Counted from the first letter of the stretch, positions 1 through 10,676 are shown. The stretch: DNA of 64,000 nucleotides from Methylococcales bacterium (GCA_032251045.1 JAVVEW010000001.1:58484-122483); one strand, 5' to 3'. The notes: generated by a model from the letters alone, not told the origin. Numbers and translations are program-made.

Positions 1-938
1 AATCCGGTCTGGCGCGCCTGGTGGTGTTTAGTTGTCGTCTGGCGGAAGCGCAAAACCGCCTGTCTTGTCAGGTGGATGAATGCCGGCATGTGCTCGATGA
101 GGCCATGTTGTTTGCCGGGCAAGCGCTGGATGCCGAGGCTATTGAACAAGCGTTAACGGCACGCGAGCTGCGACACGGTCGTGTCGCCGAGGAATTGGTC
201 CGCGAGGTGTGCGAGGGCACGGTGTTGATTGCAACAGCAGGTCAGGCCATTGGCAAAATCAACGGTTTGACAGTGCTGGAAGTGGGTGGTAGCAGTTACG
301 GCGCGCCAGCGCGTATTTCCGCCACGGTGTTTCCAGGTTCTCGCGGCATTGTCGATATCGAACGGGAAGTGGAGTTAGGGCAGGCCATACACTCTAAAGG
401 CGTGATGATTTTGAGTGGTTATTTAGGCCATTGTTACGCCCAGAAAGTGCCGTTGGCGATTTGTGCGCATATCGCCATGGAGCAGTCCTATGGGCATGTC
501 GATGGCGACAGTGCGGCTTTGGCCGAATTGTGTGCATTGATCTCCGCCTTGACCCAGCAGCCCATCAAGCAAGCGCTGGCGGTGACCGGCTCGATTAACC
601 AATATGGTGAAGTGCAGGCGGTCGGTGGCGTCAATGACAAAATCGAAGGCTTTTTCAGCCTCTGTCAGGCGCGGGGGTTGACAGGCGATCAGGGGGTGTT
701 GTTGCCGGCCGCCAATGTCAGGCATCTGCTGCTGAAAACCGAAGTCATCGACGCGGTTCGAGACGGCTTGTTTCATCTTTATCCGGTCAGCCATGTTGAC
801 CAGGCATTGGCGTTGTTGTTTGTTGAGCCTGTGGGTGCGTTGGATGCTTCGGGTAATTATCCCGAGCACAGCATTCATGGTCTGGCGGTGGCGCGACTGA
901 AGCAAATGGCTGACTTAGCGGGTGATGCGAAAAAATAA
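1..938 (+). CDS. Lon-like S16 serine protease, C-terminal proteolytic domain. The CDS is 5'-partial and starts upstream of the window.
   Basis: The frame is open from the window start to TAA at 936-938. DGDSAALAELCALISAL matches the catalytic-Ser context (canonical DGPSAG) and GGVNDKIEGFF carries the catalytic Lys. The layout is YcbZ/LonB-like. Confidence 0.6.
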   Translation, partial: SGLARLVVFSCRLAEAQNRLSCQVDECRHVLDEAMLFAGQALDAEAIEQALTARELRHGRVAEELVREVCEGTVLIATAGQAIGKINGLTVLEVGGSSYGAPARISATVFPGSRGIVDIEREVELGQAIHSKGVMILSGYLGHCYAQKVPLAICAHIAMEQSYGHVDGDSAALAELCALISALTQQPIKQALAVTGSINQYGEVQAVGGVNDKIEGFFSLCQARGLTGDQGVLLPAANVRHLLLKTEVIDAVRDGLFHLYPVSHVDQALALLFVEPVGALDASGNYPEHSIHGLAVARLKQMADLAGDAKK

Positions 939-1360
939 GTGATATCCAGAGGCAGGCCAGAAACACCTGCCAGACGTGTACGTGCTGCGGTTATGCCGCC
1001 CAAGAGAACCGGCCAAGCCAGGCGCGGTTCGAGTGTGGTTTCGCGGCAAATGCCGATAGAGTCGGCGCGATCAATATTTTAAGGGCGGGACACGACCAGT
1101 TAGCCTGTGAAGTGAACGGTGCTGATGCGGTGCGTGATAACGAAGTATCACAGGTTATGAGTGGTTCTTGCAGGTGTCGTGAGGTGAGGCAGCACCTGGA
1201 CGGCCTCTTGGTATCTGCGCGGTCGGTTCCCCTGACCCGCAACGGAACCTTTCGCCCCCAGGCCTGCCCTCAGTGGAGGCCGGGAGGCTGTGCCGCAGTT
1301 CCTTGGTGTTATCTGAAGTTTTGCCAGTCATGACGGAGGACAGTGGCGAGCCGCGCCTGC

Positions 1361-1909
1361 TCAGAACAAGCCCAGTTGTACTTTGGCAACTTCTGACATC
1401 ATGTGCTGTGACCAGGGTGGGTCGAGTACGACATCGACAAAAACATCGTCAACGCCGGGTAAGGCGCGGATGGCTTGTTCAACGTCGCCTTGTAGTACCG
1501 GGCCCATGCCGCAACCGGGCGCGGTCAAGGTCATCTGAATGTCAACCCGGTTATGACCCGGCTGCTTGGCGGTTACCTGGCATTGATAGACCAGCCCTAA
1601 ATCGACAATGTTGACTGGAATCTCCGGGTCATACACCGTGCGCATGACTTCCCAGCAATTTTTTTCCACCGACTCGGGGTCGGCGTCTTCGACCAGGGTT
1701 TCAAGATGGGTGGCTTCTTTACCCAGAGCATCGGCGTCAGCACTGGCAATGCGCACCATGTGACCATGTTCGGTCACGACGGTGTAGTTATTGCCTAGGG
1801 CTTGATGCACGGTCACTGCGGTACCTTTAGGCAGAGTGCCGTTGTTGCCATCGGGTACGGTGATGATGTTGACGTCGCGGCTGAGGGTTACGGTTTCACG
1901 TTCAGTCAT
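1361..1909 (-). CDS. sufT: Fe-S assembly factor SufT (DUF59/MIP18 family).
   Basis: The ORF aligns nearly end to end with rhizobial SufT (TVTLSRD...CYDPEIPVNIVDLGLVY...TLTAPGCGMG...DPPW..MMSE). I chose the start at MTERETV. Confidence 0.8.
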   Translation of the reverse strand: MTERETVTLSRDVNIITVPDGNNGTLPKGTAVTVHQALGNNYTVVTEHGHMVRIASADADALGKEATHLETLVEDADPESVEKNCWEVMRTVYDPEIPVNIVDLGLVYQCQVTAKQPGHNRVDIQMTLTAPGCGMGPVLQGDVEQAIRALPGVDDVFVDVVLDPPWSQHMMSEVAKVQLGLF

Positions 1910-2642
1910 GGGTCTGTTTCCAAGAGAAGGTTTGTGCATCGATAACCTGGCCGCGCAGATGCGCGCTGTCAGGGCCAAGTAGATACGGATAAAGAGGGGC
2001 TAACAGGGCAGCAGAGGTTCTTGCCTCAGCGGGTTCGCCAGGATAGCCGCGTCGACGCAGGGGGGAGTCTACCGCGCCGGGCAGCAGCAGGTTCAGGCGA
2101 ATGCGTGGGTCGCTGTCCAGCTCGTCAGACCACATTTTTACCAAGGCTTCCAGGGCGCTGAGCGCGACACCAAAAGCGCCGGAATAAGGTTGAGGCTTGC
2201 GCGCCTGATGGTCACAGGTGAATAACACTGAAGCTGAGCCACTATTGACCAGGCATTCCAGCAGCACCCGGGTCAGTAAATAGGGGGCGTGTAGATTGGT
2301 ATTGAAAGTTTGGTTCCATTCCACTAAATCCTGACTGGCCAGCGGCGCAAACGCGGTGAACAGCGCTGCGGAATGCAGCAGGCCATCAAGCTTGCCAAAG
2401 CGCTGTGCAATGTGTTCGGCTAGTTCTTGATAGTGCTCGACTTGCGCCGAGGCCAGGTCAAAACCATGTAAAAGCGGTGTCGGCGCGGTGTATGTGAGCA
2501 GCTGGTCGTACAGTTGCTCCAGTCCTTTCAGGCGCTTGTCGAGCAGAATCAGCTGATAGCCTTGGGCGGCCAGGGCATGGGCGGCGGTTTGGCCAAGTCC
2601 ACCCGCAGCGCCGGTGATCAGGACAATGCGTGGTTCGGTCAT
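1902..2642 (-). CDS. Short-chain dehydrogenase/reductase (YciK-like SDR).
   Basis: ITGAAGGLG is a Rossmann motif. The length is about 246 aa. The start at MTEPRIV gives an ATGA overlap with the upstream gene's stop. Confidence 0.75.
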   Translation of the reverse strand: MTEPRIVLITGAAGGLGQTAAHALAAQGYQLILLDKRLKGLEQLYDQLLTYTAPTPLLHGFDLASAQVEHYQELAEHIAQRFGKLDGLLHSAALFTAFAPLASQDLVEWNQTFNTNLHAPYLLTRVLLECLVNSGSASVLFTCDHQARKPQPYSGAFGVALSALEALVKMWSDELDSDPRIRLNLLLPGAVDSPLRRRGYPGEPAEARTSAALLAPLYPYLLGPDSAHLRGQVIDAQTFSWKQTHD

Positions 2643-3295
2643 GACAGGGTGATCCATGCGCGTAATGCGGAAGGTTCTGTGATTAAACCATCGGCTCCCC
2701 ATTGATTGGGGTCGTCGTCAGGCGCGATATAGCCATAACTGGCGGCCAGCGTGGTCATGCCGGCCGCCTGGCCGGCGGTGATGTCGTGGCGGGCGTCGCC
2801 AAGATACAGACATTGCGCGGGGGTGACGCCGATTTGTGCGCAGGCTGTGAGCATGGGTTCAGGGTGGGGCTTGCTGTGCGCGGTGCTGTCGCCGCTGATA
2901 ATACAGGCCGCGCGTTGATATAGGCCCAGTTCACGCATCAGCGGCAAGGTGAAGCGCTGGCGCTTGTTGGTGACTACGCCCCACATCAGACCGTGCTGTT
3001 CCAGCCAGCTCAGTAGCGCTTCGATGCCCGGGAATAAGCGGGTGTGGCGCGCAATGTGGAGTTCATAATAATCCAGCAGCAGGGTGAGCAAGGTTTGCTG
3101 TTCAGTGGCGTTAGCGTGTGGCAGGCTGGCGCGAATCATGGCCAGCGCGCCCCGGGAAATGGCGGGTTGTACCTGCGGCTGAGCGGCGACCGGCCAGCCA
3201 CGTTGCCGCAAGGCATAATCCAGGCTGGCCAGTAAGTCGGGCGCGGTATCGGCCAAAGTGCCGTCCAGGTCAAAAAGCACGCAGCGTAAGCTCAT
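2639..3295 (-). CDS. HAD-IA phosphatase (phosphoglycolate phosphatase Gph/MupP-like).
   Basis: FDLDGTLADT is HAD motif I. The gene sits immediately downstream of ubiG, as mupP/gph does in pseudomonads. Confidence 0.75.
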   Translation of the reverse strand: MSLRCVLFDLDGTLADTAPDLLASLDYALRQRGWPVAAQPQVQPAISRGALAMIRASLPHANATEQQTLLTLLLDYYELHIARHTRLFPGIEALLSWLEQHGLMWGVVTNKRQRFTLPLMRELGLYQRAACIISGDSTAHSKPHPEPMLTACAQIGVTPAQCLYLGDARHDITAGQAAGMTTLAASYGYIAPDDDPNQWGADGLITEPSALRAWITLS

Positions 3296-3298
3296 GAG

Positions 3299-4000
3299 TT
3301 ACAGGGGCTTTCGGAATGCGGCCAGATAATTAACATCAAGGTCCTCGCTGAGACGGAACTGACGGGTCAGCGGGTTGTAGCTGATGCCGGCCATGCGTTC
3401 CAGTTCCAAGCCGTGGGCGCGTGCCCATTGACACAGTTGCGAGGGCTTGATGAATTGCCGGTAATCATGGGTGCCACGAGGCAGCATTTGCAGCAGATAC
3501 TCGGCAGCGGCAATGGCCAGTAGAAAAGCCTTGGGATGGCGGTTGAGGGTGGAGAAGAACAGCCATGCGCCGGGTTTTGCCGCCTGGGCGCAGGCGGCGA
3601 TAATGGCGTTTGGGTCAGGAACATGCTCCAGCATTTCCATGCAGGTTACGACATCAAAAGCGGCAGGTTGTTGCTCGGCGAAAGTTTCGGCGCTGATGAC
3701 TTGAAAATGGGCGTTAACGCCTGATTCAAGGCCATGCAGTTCGGCGATATCAACCAGTTCCGCACTTAAGTCAATGCCTCTGGCCTGGCTGCCGGCGGCG
3801 GCCAGGGCTTCGGTAAGAATGCCGCCGCCGCAACCGACATCCAGCGCATGAGTACCGGTCAGTGTGACATGGCGTTGAATGAAGTCCATGCGTAATGGAT
3901 TGATGGCATGCAGGGTTTTCAGTTCGCCTTCAGGATCCCACCAGCGCTCCGCCTTGGCGCTGAATTTATCGATTTCGTGGCTATGTACGTTGTTGCTCAT
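3299..4000 (-). CDS. ubiG: Ubiquinone biosynthesis O-methyltransferase UbiG.
   Basis: From MSNNVHSHEIDKF the sequence aligns along its whole length with E. coli UbiG (RWWD.EGE.K.LH.INPLR, VLDVGCGGGIL, TCMEMLEHVPDP). The ORF track extends to a GTG at 4135, but that would add about 45 aa with no UbiG counterpart. Confidence 0.85.
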   Translation of the reverse strand: MSNNVHSHEIDKFSAKAERWWDPEGELKTLHAINPLRMDFIQRHVTLTGTHALDVGCGGGILTEALAAAGSQARGIDLSAELVDIAELHGLESGVNAHFQVISAETFAEQQPAAFDVVTCMEMLEHVPDPNAIIAACAQAAKPGAWLFFSTLNRHPKAFLLAIAAAEYLLQMLPRGTHDYRQFIKPSQLCQWARAHGLELERMAGISYNPLTRQFRLSEDLDVNYLAAFRKPL

Positions 4001-4242
4001 AAGGAGGCCAATGTGGCTGGAGAAATAATGGAGTATTTTAGTAGGAAATGGCGGTGCAAGCAAAACCGGCTGATGCGCCGCTGTCTGGCTCGGGGGCTTA
4101 GGTGGGGCAAGTTTGGAGGTTAACGGTGCTGTCACAGCCGTTTCCAGTAAGCTGCGCTCAAGCCTGCATGGACGTATGCACTGCGCCTTCTGCTAAGCGC
4201 TACCGGCTGCGGCCCGCCTAACCTATGGAACAGGGTTGTGGT

Positions 4243-4400
4243 ACTGTCACAGCCATGCTCAGTTTGAGCATTTTCACTGTGCTTTAGACATGGGTAGCAC
4301 TTGTCGAGGAACGCGGTGAACCCATCCATGGGGGCTTGATGGCAGCATCCTAAGCTGCCAACATCCTCGACAAGTGCTCCCAATATCCTTTTTGGACTCC
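4243..4400 (-). repeat. Copy A of a dispersed roughly 150-nt non-coding element. It contains a perfect 14-bp inverted repeat (gcacttgtcgagga / tcctcgacaagtgc) enclosing two small hairpins.
   Basis: Its reverse complement aligns at roughly 75-80% identity with 35193-35300 (ggagtcYaaaaaRga...ggagcactt...ggcagc...cccYatggatgggttcac...aatgctcaaactgagMatggctg). Confidence 0.6.
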
Positions 4401-4504
4401 AAATTGAGAATTGCTGGTACTGTCAACACTGATTTGACAGGGGTAATCTTAACCTTTAGATTAGTCCGATTTTGGCCCATACTCAGCATCATTGACACTC
4501 GCGC

Positions 4505-5695
4505 ATGGAACAATTTCATCGTATCAGCCGCCTTCCACCTTATGTATTCAATATTGTCAACGAGCTGAAGGCAAAAGCGCGGGCGGCAGGCGAGGACATT
4601 ATCGACTTTGGCATGGGCAATCCCGACCAGCCAACGCCCGAACACATCGTGGCCAAGTTGCTGGAATCGGCGCAACGCGAGGACACGCACCGCTATTCTG
4701 TCTCTAAAGGCATTCCACGGCTGAGGCGGGCGATTTGTAATTGGTATCAGGAGCGTTTTCAGGTTGAACTGGACCCTGAAACCGAGGCCATTGTGACCAT
4801 TGGCTCCAAGGAAGGTCTGGCGCATTTGGCGCTGGCGACCCTGGCGCCGGGTGATGTGGTGTTAGTGCCTAATCCTGCATACCCTATTCATCCTTATGGC
4901 GTGGTGATCGCCGGGGCTGACGTGCGTCATGTGCCGTTGGTGCCGGGGGTGGACTTTTTCGAGGAGTTGCGTAAGGCCATTATCGAATCCTGGCCTAAGC
5001 CGAAAATGCTGATTCTCAACTTTCCCGGCAATCCCACCACGCAATGCGTGGAGTTGGACTTCTTCGAGAACATCATCGACATCGCCCTGGAGCACAAAAT
5101 CTGGGTCGTGCAGGATATTGCTTATGCCGACATTGTGTTTGATGGCTACAGGGCGCCATCGATTTTGCAAGTACCTAGAGCTAAGGAAATCGCGGTCGAG
5201 TTTTTCTCGTTATCGAAAAGCTACAACATGCCCGGCTGGCGCGTGGGCTTTATGTGCGGCAGTCCAACCTTGGTGGCGGCCTTGGCGCGCATTAAATCCT
5301 ATCTGGACTATGGTACGTTCACGCCGATTCAGATTGCTGCGATTCGAGCGTTAGAGGGGCCACAGCAATGCGTGAGCGATATTGCCGAGATGTATCGCCG
5401 GCGCCGCGATGTATTGTGCGAGGGCCTGGCGTCCATAAACTGGCCGGTGGCGAAGCCTAAGGCAACGATGTTTGTCTGGGCGCCCATTCCCGAGCCGTTT
5501 CGCGCCATGGGTTCTTTGGAGTTTGCCAAGTTATTGCTGAAAGAGGCGAAAGTGGCGGTCTCGCCAGGCATTGGTTTTGGCCAGTATGGTGATGATCATG
5601 TGCGTTTTGGTTTGATTGAAAATGAACATCGCACCCGCCAGGCGGTGCGTGGCATTCGCCAGTTATTCAAACGACAAGGTTTGCTGAATGATTAA
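4505..5695 (+). CDS. PLP-dependent class I/II aminotransferase (AlaA/AlaC-like).
   Basis: [15 protein letters not shown] is the PLP-lysine motif. The gene is 396 aa and sits upstream of hom-thrC. Confidence 0.8.
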   Translation: MEQFHRISRLPPYVFNIVNELKAKARAAGEDIIDFGMGNPDQPTPEHIVAKLLESAQREDTHRYSVSKGIPRLRRAICNWYQERFQVELDPETEAIVTIGSKEGLAHLALATLAPGDVVLVPNPAYPIHPYGVVIAGADVRHVPLVPGVDFFEELRKAIIESWPKPKMLILNFPGNPTTQCVELDFFENIIDIALEHKIWVVQDIAYADIVFDGYRAPSILQVPRAKEIAVEFFSLSKSYNMPGWRVGFMCGSPTLVAALARIKSYLDYGTFTPIQIAAIRALEGPQQCVSDIAEMYRRRRDVLCEGLASINWPVAKPKATMFVWAPIPEPFRAMGSLEFAKLLLKEAKVAVSPGIGFGQYGDDHVRFGLIENEHRTRQAVRGIRQLFKRQGLLND

Positions 5696-5725
5696 ATATA
5701 GGCCGACAGGCTGGAGGGAGCTTGC

Positions 5726-7036
5726 GTGAAACCGGTTAATTTAGGCGTGCTGGGTTTAGGCACGGTAGGCGGGGGCGTATTGAATGTTCTAACGCGCAAT
5801 CGGGAAGAGATTGTCCGACGGGCTGGGCGCGAAATTGTGGTGACGCAGGCCTCGGCGCGGGATCTGGCGCGGGCGCGTATCTGCGATACCTCCAAGGTCA
5901 AGCTCACTGACGATCCGTTCACCATCGTTGAGGAACCTAGCATCGATATTGTGCTGGAATTGATTGGCGGTACCGATGTGGCGCGTGAGCTGGTGCTGGC
6001 GGCGATTGCCAATGGTAAGTCGGTGGTGACCGCTAACAAGGCATTGATTGCGCTACATGGCAATGAAATATTCGCCGCTGCCAGCGCACGAGGCGTGATT
6101 GTCGCCTTCGAGGCGGCCGTGGCGGGCGGTATTCCAATTATCAAAGCGATTCGCGAAGGCTTGTCGGCTAACCAGATCGAATGGTTGACCGGCATCATCA
6201 ACGGCACTTCTAATTATATTCTGACCACCATGCGTGACCAGGGGCGGGATTTTGCCGATGTGTTGACCGAGGCGCAGGCCTTAGGCTATGCCGAGGCCAA
6301 TCCTGCGTTTGATATTGAAGGCATCGATGCCGCGCACAAGCTGGCCATTCTCGCTTCCATTGCCTTTGGCATACCGTTACAGTACGACAAGGTGCATATC
6401 GAAGGGATTACCGGTATCACTCGGGCCGATGTCGATTATGCCGATCAGTTAGGTTATCGTATCAAGCATTTAGGGATTGCCCGGGGTGTTCCGCAAGGCC
6501 TGGAATTGCGTGTGCATCCGGCGTTGGTGCCTAAGCGGCGTCTTTTGGCCAATGTTGATGGCGTGATGAATGCTGTGGTGGTCAAAGGTGATGCGGTGGG
6601 GCCAACCTTATACTATGGCGCCGGCGCTGGTGCTGAGCCGACCGCCTCGGCCGTGGTGGCCGACGTGGTGGATGTGGTGCGTGCCATGACCAGCGACCCT
6701 CATAACCGAGTGCCGCATCTGGCGTTTCAGGCTGAAGCCTTGTCGGATCGTCCGGTATTGCCATCAGGTGATTTCAAAGTGGCCAATTATCTGCGTCTTA
6801 ATGTCGCCGATCAGGCCGGGGTTATGGCAGATATTACCCGCATTCTGGCCACTCATGACATCAGCATTGAAGCCATTTTGCAAAAAGAGCCGCTGACAGG
6901 TGAGGCGACACTGCCGGTGATTATGCTGACCCAAGAAACCCTGGAACGGAATATCGACTCGGCGATCACCGAAATCGAGGCCTTGGCGACGGTTGCCAGC
7001 GCCGTTACCCGGATTCGTTTAGAAACCTTAGACTAA
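5726..7036 (+). CDS. hom: Homoserine dehydrogenase with C-terminal ACT domain.
   Basis: The gene has a GTG start with a [20 protein letters not shown] is the NAD motif and the C-terminal ACT domain is [18 protein letters not shown]. Confidence 0.9.
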   Translation: MKPVNLGVLGLGTVGGGVLNVLTRNREEIVRRAGREIVVTQASARDLARARICDTSKVKLTDDPFTIVEEPSIDIVLELIGGTDVARELVLAAIANGKSVVTANKALIALHGNEIFAAASARGVIVAFEAAVAGGIPIIKAIREGLSANQIEWLTGIINGTSNYILTTMRDQGRDFADVLTEAQALGYAEANPAFDIEGIDAAHKLAILASIAFGIPLQYDKVHIEGITGITRADVDYADQLGYRIKHLGIARGVPQGLELRVHPALVPKRRLLANVDGVMNAVVVKGDAVGPTLYYGAGAGAEPTASAVVADVVDVVRAMTSDPHNRVPHLAFQAEALSDRPVLPSGDFKVANYLRLNVADQAGVMADITRILATHDISIEAILQKEPLTGEATLPVIMLTQETLERNIDSAITEIEALATVASAVTRIRLETLD

Positions 7037-7040
7037 TAAC

Positions 7041-8135
7041 ATGACACACGCATCTCATTACACCGGCTTGATCGAACATTATCGCGCCCGTTTACCGGTT
7101 ACCGACAGTACCCCGGTTATTAGCTTAGGCGAAGGCAACACCCCACTGATCGAGCTGAAAAACCTGCCGGCCGTCATTGGCAGGAATGTCTCCATTTATG
7201 TTAAATACGAAGGTCTGAATCCAACCGGTTCGTTCAAGGATCGAGGTATGACCATGGCGGTGACCAAGGCGGTCGAGGCGGGTAGCCGGGCGATTATCTG
7301 CGCTTCCACGGGGAATACCTCGGCGGCAGCCGCAGCCTACGCCGTGCGCGCCGGCATCAAGGCGTTTGTGTTGATTCCCGAAGGCAAAATCGCCTTGGGC
7401 AAGTTGGCCCAGACTTTGATGTATGGTGCGGAAATTATTCAAATCAATGGTAATTTTGACCGGGGCATGGCGCTGGTCAAGGAAGTCGCCGAGCATGCGC
7501 CGGTGACCATTGTTAATTCCATTAACCCGTTCCGGCTGGAAGGTCAGAAAACCGCCGCGTTTGAAATTGTCGATGCCTTAGGCCGGGCGCCTGACTATCA
7601 TTGCTTGCCTGTCGGTAACGCCGGTAATATCACCGCGTACTGGAAAGGCTACACGGAATACAGTCAGGCGCATGAGGGTTTGCCAAAAATTATCGACCAG
7701 CGTCCGAAAATGTGTGGCTATCAGGCCGAAGGCGCGGCGCCGTTTGTCAAAGGTGCGATGGTCGATGATCCTGAAACCGTAGCCACTGCGATTCGCATCG
7801 GTCATCCACAATCCTGGGAGCTGGCCTGGAATGCGCAGAGACAATCCGAAGGCTGGTTTGATGCGGTCAGTGATGCCAAAATTCTTGCCGCGCAAAAGCT
7901 CCTGGCAGAAACCGAAGGCGTGTTTTGCGAACCGGCCTCGGCGGCATCGCTGGCGGGAGCTATGGCCGATTTGGCTACCGGACGCATCGCTGATGGCAGC
8001 GTCATTGTCTGTACTCTGACCGGTAACGGCCTGAAAGATCCGGATACTGCGATCCAGCAATGCCAGGATACGCATCCTGTTACCATCGATGCCAGCCTCG
8101 ATGCCGTTAAAAAGGCGATTTTAGGCGCCTTGTAA
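7041..8135 (+). CDS. thrC: Threonine synthase.
   Basis: GSFKDRGMT is the PLP-lysine motif. The gene is 364 aa and follows hom. Confidence 0.9.
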   Translation: MTHASHYTGLIEHYRARLPVTDSTPVISLGEGNTPLIELKNLPAVIGRNVSIYVKYEGLNPTGSFKDRGMTMAVTKAVEAGSRAIICASTGNTSAAAAAYAVRAGIKAFVLIPEGKIALGKLAQTLMYGAEIIQINGNFDRGMALVKEVAEHAPVTIVNSINPFRLEGQKTAAFEIVDALGRAPDYHCLPVGNAGNITAYWKGYTEYSQAHEGLPKIIDQRPKMCGYQAEGAAPFVKGAMVDDPETVATAIRIGHPQSWELAWNAQRQSEGWFDAVSDAKILAAQKLLAETEGVFCEPASAASLAGAMADLATGRIADGSVIVCTLTGNGLKDPDTAIQQCQDTHPVTIDASLDAVKKAILGAL

Positions 8136-8266
8136 ACACTGGCGAGCGCGCTGTCAGGACACGTTAACGGTACGGAATGGCCGTTTCCCTTTACCGCGCT
8201 TTAGGCAAAAGGATAGCGAAAGGCGTTTTTTGACTTAAAACCGCACAGCAAGCGTTGCTTCAAACC

Positions 8267-9592
8267 ATGAAAATTACAATATTTGGTAGTGGATATGTAG
8301 GTCTGGTCACTGGCGCCTGTTTGGCCGAAGTGGGTAACGATGTGGTTTGCATGGATGTGGATCTGCAAAAAATAACAGCCTTGCAAGCCGGAAAAATTCC
8401 GATTTACGAGCCGGGTCTTGAGGCCATGGTGCAGGAAAATCAGGCTGAAGGCCGTTTGCGTTTTACCACCGATGCTGCCGAGGCGGTTCAGCATGGCTTG
8501 TTTCAGTTTATTGCGGTGGGAACGCCGCCGGAGGAAGATGGTTCGGCAGATTTGCAGTATGTGCTGGCCGTGGCTCGCACCATTGCCGAGTATATGCCTG
8601 ATTATCGGATTATCATCGACAAATCCACCGTCCCTGTGGGGACCGCCGATAAAGTGCGCGACACCATTGGCTCGGTGCTGGCGCAGCGGGGCGTGGAGTT
8701 GGAATTTGATGTGGTATCGAATCCCGAGTTTCTGAAAGAGGGGGCGGCGCTGGAAGATTTCATGAAGCCTGACCGGATTATTATCGGTACCGACAATCCG
8801 CGCACCGCAGAATTGTTAAAAGCCTTGTACGCGCCGTTCAATCGCAGCCGGGAACGGGTCATCACCATGGACATTCGTTCCGCCGAGCTGACCAAATATG
8901 CTGCTAATGCCATGCTGGCCACCAAAATCAGCTTCATGAACGAGCTGGCCAATCTTGCTGAACGTTTAGGCGCGGATATCGAGGCAGTACGTCAGGGTAT
9001 CGGCTCCGATTCGCGCATTGGCTACAGTTTTATCTATCCGGGTTGCGGTTATGGCGGCTCGTGCTTTCCCAAAGATGTCAAGGCGCTGGCGCGCACCGCA
9101 CAGGATGTTGATTACCAGCCGGAGTTGTTGGTGGCGGTGGAAAATGTCAACGCCCGCCAGAAGCAGCGTTTGTTCGACAAGATCGAGCGTTTTTATCAGG
9201 GCCAGTTAACCGGCAAAGTGATTGCCGTGTGGGGCTTGGCGTTTAAGCCAAACACCGACGACATGCGCGAGGCACCCAGTCGGGTGTTGTTGCAAGCGTT
9301 GTGGCAGGCGGGCGCTAAGGTTCAGGTGTACGATCCTGAAGCAATGCACACTGCCCGCGAGCTGTACGGTGAGCGACCTGAACTGGTTTATGCGAAGATG
9401 CCTTACGATGCGCTCAATCAGGCGGATGCGTTGGTGATTGTGACCGAATGGAAGCAGTTTCGCAGTCCGGACTTTGAGTTGCTGGCGGACAAGCTGGTCG
9501 ATAAGGTGGTGTTTGATGGGCGCAATATGTTTGACCCGAAATTGCCGCGCAAAGCCGGTTTGACCTATTTCGGTATTGGTCGCCCGGAGTAA
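8267..9592 (+). CDS. ugd: UDP-glucose 6-dehydrogenase.
   Basis: [21 protein letters not shown] is the N-terminal Rossmann motif and GGSCFPKD contains the catalytic Cys. The start was set at MKITIF. Confidence 0.85.
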   Translation: MKITIFGSGYVGLVTGACLAEVGNDVVCMDVDLQKITALQAGKIPIYEPGLEAMVQENQAEGRLRFTTDAAEAVQHGLFQFIAVGTPPEEDGSADLQYVLAVARTIAEYMPDYRIIIDKSTVPVGTADKVRDTIGSVLAQRGVELEFDVVSNPEFLKEGAALEDFMKPDRIIIGTDNPRTAELLKALYAPFNRSRERVITMDIRSAELTKYAANAMLATKISFMNELANLAERLGADIEAVRQGIGSDSRIGYSFIYPGCGYGGSCFPKDVKALARTAQDVDYQPELLVAVENVNARQKQRLFDKIERFYQGQLTGKVIAVWGLAFKPNTDDMREAPSRVLLQALWQAGAKVQVYDPEAMHTARELYGERPELVYAKMPYDALNQADALVIVTEWKQFRSPDFELLADKLVDKVVFDGRNMFDPKLPRKAGLTYFGIGRPE

Positions 9593-9618
9593 GCTGTCAT
9601 CAGCACGGGCGGTGCTGG

Positions 9619-10620
9619 TTAGCCGCCTGTGACATTCATATGCCGGAAAATGACCGGTTGTTCTTGTAAGTTAAAATGATGCTGCTCGGGCTTTAAGGTC
9701 ATGGCCTGGTGCAGCGCGTTTTTCAGCGCCTGACGGTTATGCGGATGGCTGCGCAGTACGGCTTTAAGGTCCATCGAATGTTCATTGCCCAGGCATAATA
9801 ACAAGCGTCCTTCGGCGGTCAGGCGGACGCGGTTGCAATCGCCACAAAAGTTATGACTGTGCGGTGATATAAAGCCGATGCGGCTATTTGCGCCTGCAAT
9901 TTTATAGTATTTTGATGGCCCGCCGGTGTTGTCCTGGCAGGGGGTTAATGTCCATGCCGCACTTAAATCACGATAAATGGCGTCGCTGGAATAATACGCC
10001 TCGGCGCGGTCATGGTCATCGATAGCGCCTAGCGGCATTTCTTCGATGAAGCTGATGTCAAAGCCGTGTTCGAGTGCAAAGCGGGTTAGCGCGATTGTCT
10101 CATCGTGATTGCGGTTATGCAGAATGACGGCATTCAGTTTGATGCGTGCAAAATTTTGTTGCTTGGCCACCTGCAAACCTTCCAGAACCCGATCAAGATC
10201 ACCGGTGCGTGTTAATTGGCGAAATTTTATCGGGTCTAGCGTATCCAGGCTGACATTCAGGCGTTTTACGCCTGCCTCGCGTAAAGCGGCCGCTTGTTGT
10301 TTCAGTTGTGAACCGTTGGTGGTCAGTACCAATTCGTTAAGCCCCGGCAACTGACTTAAGCGCGCTAACAGACCCACCGCGCCCTTGCGCACCAAGGGTT
10401 CCCCGCCGGTGATACGTATTTTGCTGACGCCAAGTTCGGTGAAGGCCTGGGCAATGGTGTAAATTTCTTCCAGACTGAGAATTTGCTGTCTCGGCAGAAA
10501 AGTCATATCTTCGGCCATGCAGTAGACGCAGCGAAAATCACAGCGGTCAGTGATGGAGATGCGCAGGTAATTGACTACGCGGCCAAAACGGTCGATCAAC
10601 ACGGAGGGGTTAGGACTCAT
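9619..10620 (-). CDS. moaA: GTP 3',8-cyclase MoaA (radical SAM).
   Basis: CDFRCVYC is the radical SAM cluster motif and the C-terminal cluster cysteines are [11 protein letters not shown] chose the start at MSPNPSV; the ORF track's alternative is at 10656. Confidence 0.85.
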   Translation of the reverse strand: MSPNPSVLIDRFGRVVNYLRISITDRCDFRCVYCMAEDMTFLPRQQILSLEEIYTIAQAFTELGVSKIRITGGEPLVRKGAVGLLARLSQLPGLNELVLTTNGSQLKQQAAALREAGVKRLNVSLDTLDPIKFRQLTRTGDLDRVLEGLQVAKQQNFARIKLNAVILHNRNHDETIALTRFALEHGFDISFIEEMPLGAIDDHDRAEAYYSSDAIYRDLSAAWTLTPCQDNTGGPSKYYKIAGANSRIGFISPHSHNFCGDCNRVRLTAEGRLLLCLGNEHSMDLKAVLRSHPHNRQALKNALHQAMTLKPEQHHFNLQEQPVIFRHMNVTGG

Positions 10621-10676
10621 GGCGGTAATATGGGCGGCTTCAGGATATATAGGCAATGTAACAGCTTGACTAGAAT

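Noticed and set aside
423-905. 160-aa minus-strand ORF inside the Lon-like gene.
   Set aside because: It is antisense to a well-supported CDS. Its composition is biased (R/Q-rich) and it has no recognisable motifs. Many similar antisense ORFs (for example 7125..7496, 7578..8075, 11412..11972, 15494..16000, 18259..18897, 31072..31908, 32326..32907, 43275..43886, 49664..50386, 55409..55996) were dismissed for the same reason.
3299-4135. A 278-aa UbiG with a 45-aa Pro-rich N-terminal extension, starting at the GTG at 4135.
   Set aside because: Full-length alignment with UbiG starts at MSNNV (4000). The extension has no counterpart and overlaps a palindromic putative operator.
4132-4825. Minus-strand ORFs 4132..4383 and 4274..4825 in the ubiG/aminotransferase intergenic region.
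   Set aside because: They overlap the repeated non-coding element and the start of the aminotransferase. They show no motifs. The Cys-rich product is better explained by translating structured GC-rich non-coding DNA.
8136-8266. A possible terminator or sRNA after thrC.
   Set aside because: There is only a weak stem (gcgaaaggcg) followed by a T-run. The evidence is insufficient to call it.
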